NCBI GenBank assembly: GCA_025060195.1
Contig: JANXCQ010000003.1
Location: 722-64,721, forward strand
Direction: 5' to 3'
Length of the DNA stretch: 64,000 nucleotides
DNA from: Gemmatales bacterium
Lineage (GTDB): Bacteria > Planctomycetota > Planctomycetia > Gemmatales > HRBIN36
The notes under the pieces were generated by a model. It saw only the letters and a program-made list of their open reading frames with translations. It had not been told where the DNA came from and searched no databases. The translations under genes and the position numbers were made by a program. Each line of letters opens with the position of its first letter. Within the stretch, counting starts at the first letter, position 1. Below, in pieces: positions 8,070 through 17,162 of the stretch.

Positions 8070-11000
8070 TTACGGCGTGGCGCGGACCAGGCCTTTTTGC
8101 CGCAATTGCTGGGCGATGGACGACCACGGATACTTCCCCGCGAGCAATTCGTCCCAATATTTTTTGGCTTCCTTCCAAGGGACGAGTTCCCACAAATGGG
8201 CGATGGTGAGCACGACGCCGTCATCGCGGTCGGGGCGCAGCTGCAAGCGGGCGGCACGCTGCAATTTGTCGGCGAAGTCGCGCAGTTCGCTGAGCAAGTC
8301 TTGCTGGCGTTCCAGGTCGCGGTCCAGCCGCTTACTGACGTTGCCCGCGGCCTGGGCCTTTTGTTGTTGCAAGGCGGCGAGGCGATTTTCCTCCCGGCGG
8401 ATTTTCGGTTCGACGTAATGCAGCCTCGCTTTAAACAGCAGGTCCTCGTCGAGCTGGTGATAGTAAAGCCACAGGGCGAAGTTCCCTTTAGAAGATTGTA
8501 GCAGCCAGTAAATCGGGGCTTTGCGTCGGCTTTTGGAATAGCGGGCGAGGTGGTCGTGCCAGAAACCGCCCGGGCCGGCGCGACGGAAATATTCCCGCAG
8601 GTCGCGCACGCCCAGGGCGCGGCAGGCTTCCTGTTCGACCTGTTCGGCGGCGTCGCCCCAGAGCAGGTCAAAGACGTCGCGGACGCGGCGGACGATGTCG
8701 TCGGTATGTTCGGGGTCGTCCACCAGGATGCCGTTCCACTGAATGGCCAGCGGATAGCCGGGCGGTGTTTCGCTCAACGGCAGACCGTCTTCTCCCTGGA
8801 GCATCCCCGGCGGACACACCGGCAGCGGGTCAAACGGATCGGGCAACGGCGGCGCTGCTTTCTCCCCCGTCGCATACCGCACATCCCACCGCCCAAACAC
8901 ACACCCCACCGCGTAAGAGATAACTTCCCGTGCTCGTTTTGCCCGATCGTCTAGCTGTTTCTCGTCGCTCGCATCGCCATTATCATCATCAAACCAGCCT
9001 TGATTATGCACGGCGACAGTTATGGACAAAGCTTCCAATTGAGCTCGCTCTTGCTCGTTCAAGCCGTAGGCTTCGTAAATAATGTCGTCAATCAGTTGGG
9101 ACGGCTTACTCGGGGGCTCAGGACGAGTTTGGTAGGAGGTAAACTCGTGTGCAGTCTCGTCGTAGTTTTTGTATAGTGCGAACTTATAACACTTTTGAGC
9201 CTCCGCAACGAGAATACTCGAATACTTTCGAAGATCTGGGTAGGGGACGATTCCCAATACTCCAACTTCATAAGATTTGGCGATCATGGAAGTGCCAACA
9301 ATTAAGTCCACTAAGCAGCTAAAAGCGGATGAATTCATGAACGCTAAGGCAAGCCATAAATCCGTCTCGTTGGTGGCAAAACCGCCGCTGCCTTTGACCG
9401 AAATTATCGCTCCCGCATTGAGCACTCTCGGCCCGAACCTTTTCGAGGTGCGTTCACTCCATGTCAATCCTGGGCGAAAGTAGTAATCGGTGTTTCGAAG
9501 GCATGAATAGGGGCGTCCCGTCTCGGGGTCTCTGAAATTCCTAATTTCCTCCCCGTCGCGTTCCCAATTGATGACGAGGTGTAAGTCGGCGTAAAAGGGA
9601 CTATACTCGCCGCCCTTGGCGAAGGGCACCCAGCGTTTGCCTTCGAAGGTGCGCTGGCGGCACCATTGTTGAAAGGCCTTGAGGTCGCGGCGCCAATCGG
9701 GACCGTGGCGGGCATCGAGGATCTTCTGCGGGTCCACTTCCCACCAACAGCGAACGAAGCGAAAATCGTCGGCGGTTTGGAGCCCGACGCGCACGGTGCG
9801 GCCTTCGCTCTGGAACGGGGGCAGTTCGCGGAACAAGCGACGAATCCGCTCGGAGACCCAATAGGCGAACGGGCTGCCCGGGACCAGGCGAAATTGCTCA
9901 GGCGCCACCGGGAAGACGTCGGGGTGAGGCTGGTCGGCGAGGTAAGCGGCCCGGGCCTGGGCCAACGCCTCCGCTTTGTTCTCATGGTGCAACATGCGGA
10001 AAAACACGGTCGGCGCCGCGGACGGTGCGGCGGACGGAGTCGCTTTGGCCAAACAGTAGGCGGCAGTTTCGACCATGGCGGTGTCGAGCACGCCATAGCC
10101 CAGGTCGGCCACCACCAGGAGCCGCGCTTCCCGTAATAAAACTTCTTCCCGCCATTTCTGGAAACTGGAGAGGAAAAATCCAGTGCGGCTGGTCAGGGCG
10201 CCCAGCAGTCCGTCCGGGAGCAGACGCCGTAACGCCATTTCCACAAACGCCGCATACAGGTTATGTTTACTCCGCGGATAAGCCCGTTCCAGATAGGCCT
10301 TGAGCGCTATGGGATAGTCGCCATAGGGCGGATTCATCAGGATGACGTCGTAGCGCTGGTGGCACAATTCGACGAAAGCCAGTCCCTGGGCGGTATCCTC
10401 GGCAAAGAGCCGGCGCTGCAGACCGCGTCCGTTATCGGCCCGCTGAGCATGGGCGCGTAAGGCGGCGACGACGCGCTGCTCGGCTTGTTCAAAGAACTGG
10501 GCATCGGACAAAGCGCTCACGGCAAAGAGCCGCGGCGGCTCGGAATCCGGGGCGTCGAACATCGTCCGCTGCCACGCCCCGCCCCCCGCGAGGAATTGCC
10601 GATGCGCTTCCTGGACGGCGTCGCGGAGGTCGTCCTCGATGAGTAACAGCGGCCCCGCTTCTCCGGCCAGTTGCATCTTGTCGAACACCACTTCGACCAA
10701 CTGGCCCAACAGCTGCGGCTCCAGGCTGGCCACGAACTCGCGGAGCAACTGGCGCTCGCCCGGCATCGGTTCGGCACATACGAGATGGGAACGGGTAATC
10801 TTGGGCCGCTCGCCACTTAGGCCGAATTGCCGATACGCCCGCTGACACCGCAGCCATAACGCCAACGCCGCCACCTGAATCGCCCGCGGATCGATATCCA
10901 GGCCGTAAAGATTCTCCGCCAGGATGAGCCGGGGCAGGTCGCGATACAGCGCCGACTTGTCGGGATAGTCGCGGCGAAGAGCGGGGCCCAGGTCGGGGTC

Positions 11001-11654
11001 GTCGTGGGCCTCGTCGTAAATGTCCAACAGCAGGTCGAAGCAGTAAAGCAGGAAATGGCCGCTGCCGCACGCCGGGTCGAGGATTTTCCAGAGCCGCGGA
11101 TCCTTTTTCGGTCGCCAAGCCGACGGCGAACGGTCGGGCACGAGATAGCGGCAGCGCTCGGTCAGGCGTGTCGCCCCGTGGCGCATTTCGTACCACAATC
11201 GGCCCAGCGTGTTATCCACGAGAAACTCGACCACATAGCGGGGCGTGTAAAACTGATTGCGAAAGGCCAGTTCGTAGGCGTTGCGCGGGGCGCGACTTTC
11301 CTGGCGTGCCTGGGTGCGTAGTTCCGTGGGCGTGAAATACTGATAGACCCAGCCGAGGGTTTCGTCATGGTGCCAGACGTCGGCCAAGGCGGGGTCGTTG
11401 AGACAGGCGAGCACCTGGTCGAGAGCCCGCTGCGGCGGATACAGCCGATTGGCCGGATCGTGCGGACTGAAGAGCACGCCGATCTCTTCCGCCAGCCGCT
11501 GCGCCAGCCAGTCGAGGAAATGGCGGTAGGCGAGTTCGTGCTGGCCCGCATAAAACAGCGCGATGCGCCTCGGGATGCTCGGCGAGGTAAAGCTGAAAGC
11601 CTTCGGAATAGACGCCGCGACTGACCGCTTCGCGAAAACGCTGCCCGCCGACAT
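8070..11654 (-). CDS. pglX: BREX methyltransferase PglX (paralogue 2), main fragment downstream of a frameshift
   Basis: Family-like sequence starts around 11570 (RRIALFYAGQHELAYRHFLDWLAQ...). It carries WVYQYFTP, FYTPRYVVEFLVDNTLGRLW, the SAM motif KILDPACGSGHFLLYCF and catalytic DVILMNPPYG. The BREX-PglX C-terminus reads PIYWLLQSSKGNFALWLYYHQL...VVLTIAHLWELVPWK. Confidence 0.88.
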   Translation of the reverse strand: MSAGSVFAKRSVAASIPKAFSFTSPSIPRRIALFYAGQHELAYRHFLDWLAQRLAEEIGVLFSPHDPANRLYPPQRALDQVLACLNDPALADVWHHDETLGWVYQYFTPTELRTQARQESRAPRNAYELAFRNQFYTPRYVVEFLVDNTLGRLWYEMRHGATRLTERCRYLVPDRSPSAWRPKKDPRLWKILDPACGSGHFLLYCFDLLLDIYDEAHDDPDLGPALRRDYPDKSALYRDLPRLILAENLYGLDIDPRAIQVAALALWLRCQRAYRQFGLSGERPKITRSHLVCAEPMPGERQLLREFVASLEPQLLGQLVEVVFDKMQLAGEAGPLLLIEDDLRDAVQEAHRQFLAGGGAWQRTMFDAPDSEPPRLFAVSALSDAQFFEQAEQRVVAALRAHAQRADNGRGLQRRLFAEDTAQGLAFVELCHQRYDVILMNPPYGDYPIALKAYLERAYPRSKHNLYAAFVEMALRRLLPDGLLGALTSRTGFFLSSFQKWREEVLLREARLLVVADLGYGVLDTAMVETAAYCLAKATPSAAPSAAPTVFFRMLHHENKAEALAQARAAYLADQPHPDVFPVAPEQFRLVPGSPFAYWVSERIRRLFRELPPFQSEGRTVRVGLQTADDFRFVRCWWEVDPQKILDARHGPDWRRDLKAFQQWCRQRTFEGKRWVPFAKGGEYSPFYADLHLVINWERDGEEIRNFRDPETGRPYSCLRNTDYYFRPGLTWSERTSKRFGPRVLNAGAIISVKGSGGFATNETDLWLALAFMNSSAFSCLVDLIVGTSMIAKSYEVGVLGIVPYPDLRKYSSILVAEAQKCYKFALYKNYDETAHEFTSYQTRPEPPSKPSQLIDDIIYEAYGLNEQERAQLEALSITVAVHNQGWFDDDNGDASDEKQLDDRAKRAREVISYAVGCVFGRWDVRYATGEKAAPPLPDPFDPLPVCPPGMLQGEDGLPLSETPPGYPLAIQWNGILVDDPEHTDDIVRRVRDVFDLLWGDAAEQVEQEACRALGVRDLREYFRRAGPGGFWHDHLARYSKSRRKAPIYWLLQSSKGNFALWLYYHQLDEDLLFKARLHYVEPKIRREENRLAALQQQKAQAAGNVSKRLDRDLERQQDLLSELRDFADKLQRAARLQLRPDRDDGVVLTIAHLWELVPWKEAKKYWDELLAGKYPWSSIAQQLRQKGLVRATP

Positions 11655-11979
11655 AGACCTGGTGGACTTCCATCATCTTGTAGGCACATAAGCGGTTCAG
11701 GTGGGTGAAAGCGACTTCGCGGACGAGTTGTTCCAGGGCGTCGGCGGGAGCGAAACCGCGGGCTTGGGCATGTGCGAGGTAATCGAGCAAATCGCGGCGG
11801 GCCTGCAGTTCCTGCGGCGTCAGATGCTTGAGCCGGGCCTCCGGTTCGATATGCAGGCGGCGCGCCCGTTCCAGACGAATGCCAAAGCGGCCCTCCAGTT
11901 CCTCGCGCAGGGCCGGTTCGAGGATGCGGCGACATTGGGAGACGGCGAGCCGCAGCTGATTCCGCGTCGCCTGGTCCAT
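11365..11979 (-). CDS. pglX: PglX (paralogue 2), N-terminal fragment upstream of a frameshift; only about 11979-11575 is family-like
   Basis: The fragment reads MDQATRNQLRLAVSQCRRILEPALREELEGRFGI...VREVAFTHLNRLCAYKMMEV...EGFQLYLAEHPE. It parallels the N-terminus of paralogue 1 (...RETAFTWLNRLVAFKMLEA...NGYLLWLADH). After about 11575 the frame yields Ala/Arg/Gly-rich nonsense. Frame 0 mod 3 here versus 2 mod 3 for the main fragment. Confidence 0.8.
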   Translation of the reverse strand: MDQATRNQLRLAVSQCRRILEPALREELEGRFGIRLERARRLHIEPEARLKHLTPQELQARRDLLDYLAHAQARGFAPADALEQLVREVAFTHLNRLCAYKMMEVHQVYVGGQRFREAVSRGVYSEGFQLYLAEHPEAHRAVLCGPARTRLPPFPRLAGAAAGGRDRRALQSARSGQSAVSAAAGSRPGARLSQRPRLGRRLAP

Positions 11980-11982
11980 AGC

Positions 11983-14187
11983 CTACTCCACGATCACAGT
12001 GCATCCCTGGTCGAGATGGCGTTGCACCGTGCGGCGGAGCTGGTCGAGGAAGGCCTCGAGGTCGTGGGACGATTGGAGCCGGCGGGGTACCAGGTCGGCG
12101 AGGCGTACCCGCACCTCGCGTGTCGTCGGCGTTTCAGGCGTCAGGCATGCGCGGAGCCGTTCCAGGACCTGGTCGCGAAACCCGCGCACTGCGGCCAGGT
12201 CGGATTCCAATTGCTCTAGCGAAGTGCGTGCGGGGCGCACGCCTTGGGCGACGTCGGCACGTTCCTGGTCGCGGCCCAGACGTTCGCGGAGCGCTTGTAC
12301 CATTCGTTCGGCCTGGAGACAGTCGCGTTGGGCCAGGGCCTGGTAGTCGGCGTGGTTTTGAATGTGTTCGAGGGCCTCGCGATAGGCAGCGGCGCGGCGG
12401 TCAAACAGATCGAGAAACACGCGCTGGTACGTTTGCCAAAGCCGCTCGGTGTGCTCCTGAAGCACGTCCCATTGCTCCAGGACGCGCTCGGATTGGAGGA
12501 GGTCCTCTAACTTGCGGACGCCGGCTTGCAGCGGTGCGGCCTCGTCGCGGCGAGCCAACTGCGGCCAAATCTGCTCGACGGCCAGGCGGGCCCGCTGGAA
12601 AGTTTGTAAGTGAGCCTCGGTGAATTGGTCGCGGTAGCGCCGCAGTTCGCGGTGCAGATGCAGCAGATGTTGGCCGTGTTCGTCGAGCAGACGCACGCGG
12701 TCTTCCCCCGAGGCGTCGCTCATCCGCCGCAACAGTTGCGCGTAGTCGTCGAGCCGGCGGGCGATCGGCAGCCGGTATTGGTTGACCTGGAGGCGCAGTT
12801 GCATCAGCTGGTCGAGCGTTTCCTGAGCGAACTGCTTGGCCACGGTGGCGATGTGCGTTTCCTCGGCCCGCACTTCCTGGCCCGTGAGATGCTCCAGGAC
12901 TTGCGCCGTCTGTTTGAGCACCTGCACGTCGAGGGAGCGCCGCGGGATAAACGCGGCCTGGCGGAAATACGACGGCTTGGCAAACAGGTTCACGGCCATG
13001 GGATCGTGGGCCTCGGTGAGGCGTTGGCAGCTGGCGAGCACCTCGATTTTGCGGGCGCGGAACAACGTGGCCAGCACCAAGCGGACAATCTCGGGGTCCC
13101 AGCCATAGGGCGGTCGGCGGAAATGTTGTTCCACCTCCTTGCCCAGCAACTTCTCGCGGTTGCCGTAGCTATGTTCCGTTTCCAGGTAGCCGAGCACTTC
13201 CTTGACCAGCGGGGCCGACATGTCCAGGACGAAGTGGCCTTCTTGCTGCTTGACCAGTGCGGCCTGGGCGTCGAGCGCCCGTAACACGTGGGCGACGTCC
13301 CGCAGGTCGTGGGCCTGGAGAATCCGCTCCACCTCCGTGCCGCTGGGTTGGAACGTGGCCAGGCTCAGCTGCGGATAAATGCGGGGCACTGCGGCGGCGA
13401 GTAACCGTTTGAGCTTTTCGGAGAAACTTTTGCTCGCGGTGCCGGCGTCGTGGACCCCGCCGGGATCCTGCACGCCGCGAAACATCCCGCTCCCCTGGCT
13501 TAGCGCTTCGCTCAACTTGGTGCGCAGTTGCTGGGCCAGGTTATCCAGACGGTTCTTTTCCTCCTGGAGCAAGGCGGCTTCGACCGGGCTGAGTTGCTTC
13601 TGCGCCCGTTGTTCTTCGTAGGTTTGCACCATGCGCTGCGAGGCGTAATATTCGGCGATGAGGCGATCGATCTCCGGCGTCAGGCAGAAGACCCAGAAGA
13701 CGGCCTGTTCACGGGCGCGCTCGCGGCTTTCTTGGCGGACTTCCTCGACGCGGGTACTGAAGGCGTCGAGGTCGTCGGCCACGGCCAGGTGCAGTTCCAG
13801 TTCCCCTTCCTCGAGGAGCGGCGTATCCTCCAGCTGCACGCGGAGACGGAAGCTCCGCAGGTTCTGATAGCGATACGTTTTCAGCTCCGGTTCGCTGAAG
13901 ATGTCGCGGAGGAAGTTGCGTAACACTTCCCGCCGGTCGCGTTGCCGGGGTTCGAGATATTCCGCGCGTTTCCGTTCCCAGGTTTTTTCCTGAGCGGTCT
14001 GGAGTTTCCATCCTTCGTCGGTCTGGCGGATGAACTGGCCCTGGCTCAGGCGTTGCAGCGCCGCCTCGACTTCGCGCGCGGGCTTATTCTGCCCCACAGC
14101 ATCCACGAGGAAGGCCGCGATATTGGCAGCGGTCCGGGGAAGGTCGCGGACGAACTCCAACAGACAGATCACCTTGGCCACGCGCAA
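11983..14187 (-). CDS. brxC: BrxC (PglY-like ATPase), C-terminal fragment downstream of an in-frame TAG
   Basis: This 734-aa fragment is in the same frame as 14257-15666 (both 0 mod 3). Reading across the stop gives ...VYDLVEDNLS*ERRHDLDQIRERLSLDPQDQGWSLRVAKVICLLEFVRDLPRT.... It is a long helical region typical of the BrxC C-terminal half. Its stop lies 3 nt before the pglX start. Confidence 0.82.
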   Translation of the reverse strand: MRVAKVICLLEFVRDLPRTAANIAAFLVDAVGQNKPAREVEAALQRLSQGQFIRQTDEGWKLQTAQEKTWERKRAEYLEPRQRDRREVLRNFLRDIFSEPELKTYRYQNLRSFRLRVQLEDTPLLEEGELELHLAVADDLDAFSTRVEEVRQESRERAREQAVFWVFCLTPEIDRLIAEYYASQRMVQTYEEQRAQKQLSPVEAALLQEEKNRLDNLAQQLRTKLSEALSQGSGMFRGVQDPGGVHDAGTASKSFSEKLKRLLAAAVPRIYPQLSLATFQPSGTEVERILQAHDLRDVAHVLRALDAQAALVKQQEGHFVLDMSAPLVKEVLGYLETEHSYGNREKLLGKEVEQHFRRPPYGWDPEIVRLVLATLFRARKIEVLASCQRLTEAHDPMAVNLFAKPSYFRQAAFIPRRSLDVQVLKQTAQVLEHLTGQEVRAEETHIATVAKQFAQETLDQLMQLRLQVNQYRLPIARRLDDYAQLLRRMSDASGEDRVRLLDEHGQHLLHLHRELRRYRDQFTEAHLQTFQRARLAVEQIWPQLARRDEAAPLQAGVRKLEDLLQSERVLEQWDVLQEHTERLWQTYQRVFLDLFDRRAAAYREALEHIQNHADYQALAQRDCLQAERMVQALRERLGRDQERADVAQGVRPARTSLEQLESDLAAVRGFRDQVLERLRACLTPETPTTREVRVRLADLVPRRLQSSHDLEAFLDQLRRTVQRHLDQGCTVIVE

Positions 14188-14256
14188 CGACCAGCCCTGA
14201 TCCTGCGGGTCGAGGCTGAGCCGTTCCCGAATCTGATCCAGGTCGTGCCGACGTTC

Positions 14257-15666
14257 CTACGAAAGGTTGTCTTCGACCAGGTCGTACACCTTGTCGAGCG
14301 TGACCAGCGCGCCGATGGGCTTTTGGGCGTAGTTGGTGCGTTCGTGCACGAGCATTTCGTAGGTTTGTTTGATGATGGTGCGGTTACTGCCGCCCAGGTG
14401 CCGCGATTCGCCCAACTGTTGCCGCAATCCCGACATGATGCTGATGCACAGATCAATGTAATGCGGTGGATAGGGATAAAAGTGGGCGAACTCATCGGCG
14501 CTGAGATGGGTGTGCCGCGTGGTGCGTTCCAGGCTCAGCGCCTCATGGAGCACGCCTTCATGCTGGCGGAACAGCTCGCGCAACAGATGCTCCCCCTCGG
14601 GTTTCTTGGCCAGCACTCGTTTCGACGCCACTTCGCGAATGTCCGAAGGCGGCAAGTCCACGCGGATGCTGAAGCGGTCTTGCAACTTGGCCAATTCGAC
14701 CCGCCGCGCATCTAACGACGACACCACCTCGTCGAGCTTCTCCTGCGAGGTCACGATGATCCAGCACGGGGCGGGAATTTTGCCTTGTTTGACGAGATTT
14801 CTGCCCACCCGGCCAAACTCTTCAACGGTGGCGCGGAGGTCTTCGATTCTCTCCTCGCTGGTGGCGACGTGTTGGCCCACTTCGTCAATGATGAACACCA
14901 AAGCCTGTCCGGGGCGGCGCCGGCCCCATAACTCAAAAGTCCGTTGCACGATCTTACTGACCGAAAGCGGTTCGCGGCGTTGGCCGTGGACTTGGGCCCA
15001 GGAATCGGCCGTGGGGTACGTTTTCGGATCGAGCCGATGCAGGATGCTGCTGGTGCGGGCCAGGCGTTGCGCCCCTTTGCGGACGCGGCGCCACGGTTGC
15101 TGGTGCAACTCCAGACACAGCTGCTCCAACTCGGCCAGGCGACCTTCCGCTTCCAGTTCGATTTCCAGTTCGGCGAGGTCGAAATCCTCGGCGTAATCGA
15201 GTTCGCGGAGCAACACACGGTACATGATTTCCGCGATGCGTTGCGTCGCCAGGCGGGTGTCGCGTTCCTTGGCCACGTCGAAGAAGATCACCCCCGTACG
15301 CCACCGGGCATGGATATTATCCAACAGGTCGGCCAGTTCCGGGTCGTCCATGCGCTCTTTGAACCACTCGGCAAAGGGGCGCCCGCGGATGCGGGGATTG
15401 TGCAGAGCGTAGCCGAGATTCTTGACGAACGAGCTTTTGCCCGAGCCGAAGAAGCCCGAAACCCACACGCCGATCCCTTCGCGCAGTTCGCTCGGCGCCT
15501 CGGCCATGGCCCCGAGCAATTGCCGATAGTGCGCTCGGATACTCGGCGTGGCCACATACTCCATGATTTCCTGATAGACCGACTCCTCATCGGCCTGATC
15601 CACTTGGATGATTTCCTGGATTTTGCGAGACAGGTCGCGGGCGATGATTTCGCCGATGGTCTTCAT
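14257..15666 (-). CDS. brxC: BrxC (PglY-like P-loop ATPase), N-terminal fragment, ending at an in-frame TAG (14257-14259)
   Basis: The true start is the ATG at 15666 (MKTIGEIIARDLSRKIQEIIQVDQADEESVYQEIMEYVATPSIRAHY...). Walker A is GFFGSGKSSF. Its ATG overlaps the TGA of the upstream gene (ATGA at 15663-15666). The 721-aa ORF-track entry 14257..16422 is an artefactual upstream extension. Confidence 0.85.
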   Translation of the reverse strand: MKTIGEIIARDLSRKIQEIIQVDQADEESVYQEIMEYVATPSIRAHYRQLLGAMAEAPSELREGIGVWVSGFFGSGKSSFVKNLGYALHNPRIRGRPFAEWFKERMDDPELADLLDNIHARWRTGVIFFDVAKERDTRLATQRIAEIMYRVLLRELDYAEDFDLAELEIELEAEGRLAELEQLCLELHQQPWRRVRKGAQRLARTSSILHRLDPKTYPTADSWAQVHGQRREPLSVSKIVQRTFELWGRRRPGQALVFIIDEVGQHVATSEERIEDLRATVEEFGRVGRNLVKQGKIPAPCWIIVTSQEKLDEVVSSLDARRVELAKLQDRFSIRVDLPPSDIREVASKRVLAKKPEGEHLLRELFRQHEGVLHEALSLERTTRHTHLSADEFAHFYPYPPHYIDLCISIMSGLRQQLGESRHLGGSNRTIIKQTYEMLVHERTNYAQKPIGALVTLDKVYDLVEDNLS

Positions 15667-16646
15667 GCGGACAACCCCCGATGCAGTTGCCGACTCAGGC
15701 TCGACCATGAATAGTGTCCCTGGAGCAGTTGCTGCCAATATTTTTTGGCGTCGGGGAAGGGCACCAGTTCCCACAGCGGTGCCAGGTTCAGCGCCACGCC
15801 GTCGTTGATATCCGGCACCAGGCGCAGTTCCGCGACGCGCCGCAGCTTCTGCTGAAAGTCGCGCAGTTCTTCGAGGCGTTCCAGTTGGTTTTCGATGTCC
15901 TGGGCGAGTCGTTTGGCTTCGCGGGGCAGTCGGGAGCGGCTCTCGCGGGGCGGCAGCGTTGTGGTGCTGCCAGCGCTGGCGCTGCCGGCGTGCGACGCCT
16001 GCCACGCCGCAAAACGGGCCCGCAGTTCGGCCAAGCGCTTTTCTTCCCAGCGGCACCGCGGTTCCACCACCTTGTGCAGCACCTTGAAGAGCGTGTCCTG
16101 GTCGTAGCGTCGGGCAAAGAGCCACACGCCGAAGTTTTTCCGCCCCGACAGCAGCAACCAGTAGATCGGGCGCTTGCGATATTGCGACAGAGGGCGTTTG
16201 AAAAACGGCAGGGCCAGGTCGTCGGCCAGACGGTCGAGCACCGGACCCGGGCCACACGCCTCCGTGACTATAACTTCCGCCGCGGCTTCGCCGTGACGCC
16301 CTTCCAGGACGCGCCACACCGCTTCGGCCAGGGGACGACCCGCTTCGCAAAAGGCTTCCGCTTCCAGGACGCGGCCGACGGCCCAACTGAGCCACGCCTG
16401 GGCCAAACGCGTCCGGGTCCACGCCGCGGGAGGCGCCTCCGCTTCCTCGCTCGGTTCGTCCTCGGGCTCGGCGTCGTCATCGGCCGCGGGACGCGCCGCT
16501 AATTCCGCCTCGATGGCCCGACGGTCGCTCTCCGAGATGCCGTAGAGCCGATACACTTCCTCGTCGATTTCCCATTCGATTTCCGCCAACTGGCGATGGC
16601 GCTCGGCCACACGCTCCACGCCGTCAGGCCAAGCCGGCGGTTCCAC
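15663..16646 (-). CDS. PglX-like methyltransferase (paralogue 1, pglX'), C-terminal fragment after an in-frame TAG
   Basis: The fragment contains ...EWEIDEEVYRLYGISESDRRAIEAEL...PIYWLLLSGRKNFGVWLFARRYDQDTLFKVLHKVVEP...INDGVALNLAPLWELVPFPDAKKYW. This matches the PglX paralogue 2 C-terminus block for block. It shares the frame (2 mod 3) with 16680-17114 and 17163-19448. Confidence 0.85.
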   Translation of the reverse strand: MEPPAWPDGVERVAERHRQLAEIEWEIDEEVYRLYGISESDRRAIEAELAARPAADDDAEPEDEPSEEAEAPPAAWTRTRLAQAWLSWAVGRVLEAEAFCEAGRPLAEAVWRVLEGRHGEAAAEVIVTEACGPGPVLDRLADDLALPFFKRPLSQYRKRPIYWLLLSGRKNFGVWLFARRYDQDTLFKVLHKVVEPRCRWEEKRLAELRARFAAWQASHAGSASAGSTTTLPPRESRSRLPREAKRLAQDIENQLERLEELRDFQQKLRRVAELRLVPDINDGVALNLAPLWELVPFPDAKKYWQQLLQGHYSWSSLSRQLHRGLSA

Positions 16647-16679
16647 GAAATCCCACGTCGTTTCGTCCTCCCGACTATC

Positions 16680-17114
16680 CTACTTCGCTAACTCAATCGC
16701 TTGCTCCACCAAACGCTCCAGCTTCTCGCTCGACTGCTGCGGTATCGGCAACCGCGATAGATCCCCGACTTGAGTATTTACTGTCGGATTAACCAAGGTG
16801 ATCAGGTGATAGAACATACTGCTATTCATGACACCAAGTATTTGTGGAACATTGTCGGCAAATAGCCCTGCAGTTGCGTCGGCAAAAATAAAGCCCTCGG
16901 GCATCAGTCTAGCACTGAATCGGCTCGAGCTGACCTTGGGACACGTGATGCCGCGGCGGAAGTAGTGTTCCGTGTTCCTAACTACCCATTCCCACTTTCC
17001 GTCTAGGTATGAATAACGTTCGCAAACATAAGCTTTGATTTCGGCGCCGTCGTTTTCCCAATTCACGACATATTCCTGATTGCCATACCATCGGCGAAAC
17101 CTGCCACCTTTCAT
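16680..17114 (-). CDS. PglX-like methyltransferase (paralogue 1), middle fragment between an in-frame TGA and an in-frame TAG
   Basis: MKGGRFRRWYGNQEYVVNWENDGAEIKAY...NTEHYFRRGITC... aligns with paralogue 2 FAKGGEYSPFYADLHLVINWERDGEEIRNF...NTDYYFRPGLTW. It ends at the TAG at 16680-16682. Confidence 0.85.
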   Translation of the reverse strand: MKGGRFRRWYGNQEYVVNWENDGAEIKAYVCERYSYLDGKWEWVVRNTEHYFRRGITCPKVSSSRFSARLMPEGFIFADATAGLFADNVPQILGVMNSSMFYHLITLVNPTVNTQVGDLSRLPIPQQSSEKLERLVEQAIELAK

Positions 17115-17162
17115 GTAGGGGAACCAGCGTTTTTTCGACTGTTTGGCTTCCTCGGCGTTTTT

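Noticed and set aside
9990-10045. An imperfect 12-bp repeat encoding AAPSAAPSAAPT in pglX could be a phase-variation tract.
   Set aside because: There are only about two imperfect copies, it is in frame, and it is far from the actual frameshift. This is insufficient for slipped-strand switching.
15667-16422. The ORF track shows upstream extensions: brxC to 16422, pglX' to 19928 and brxA to 21125.
   Set aside because: The extensions overlap the preceding, well-supported genes in other frames and translate to Arg/Pro/Gly-rich nonsense. Family-like sequence starts at the internal start codons I chose.
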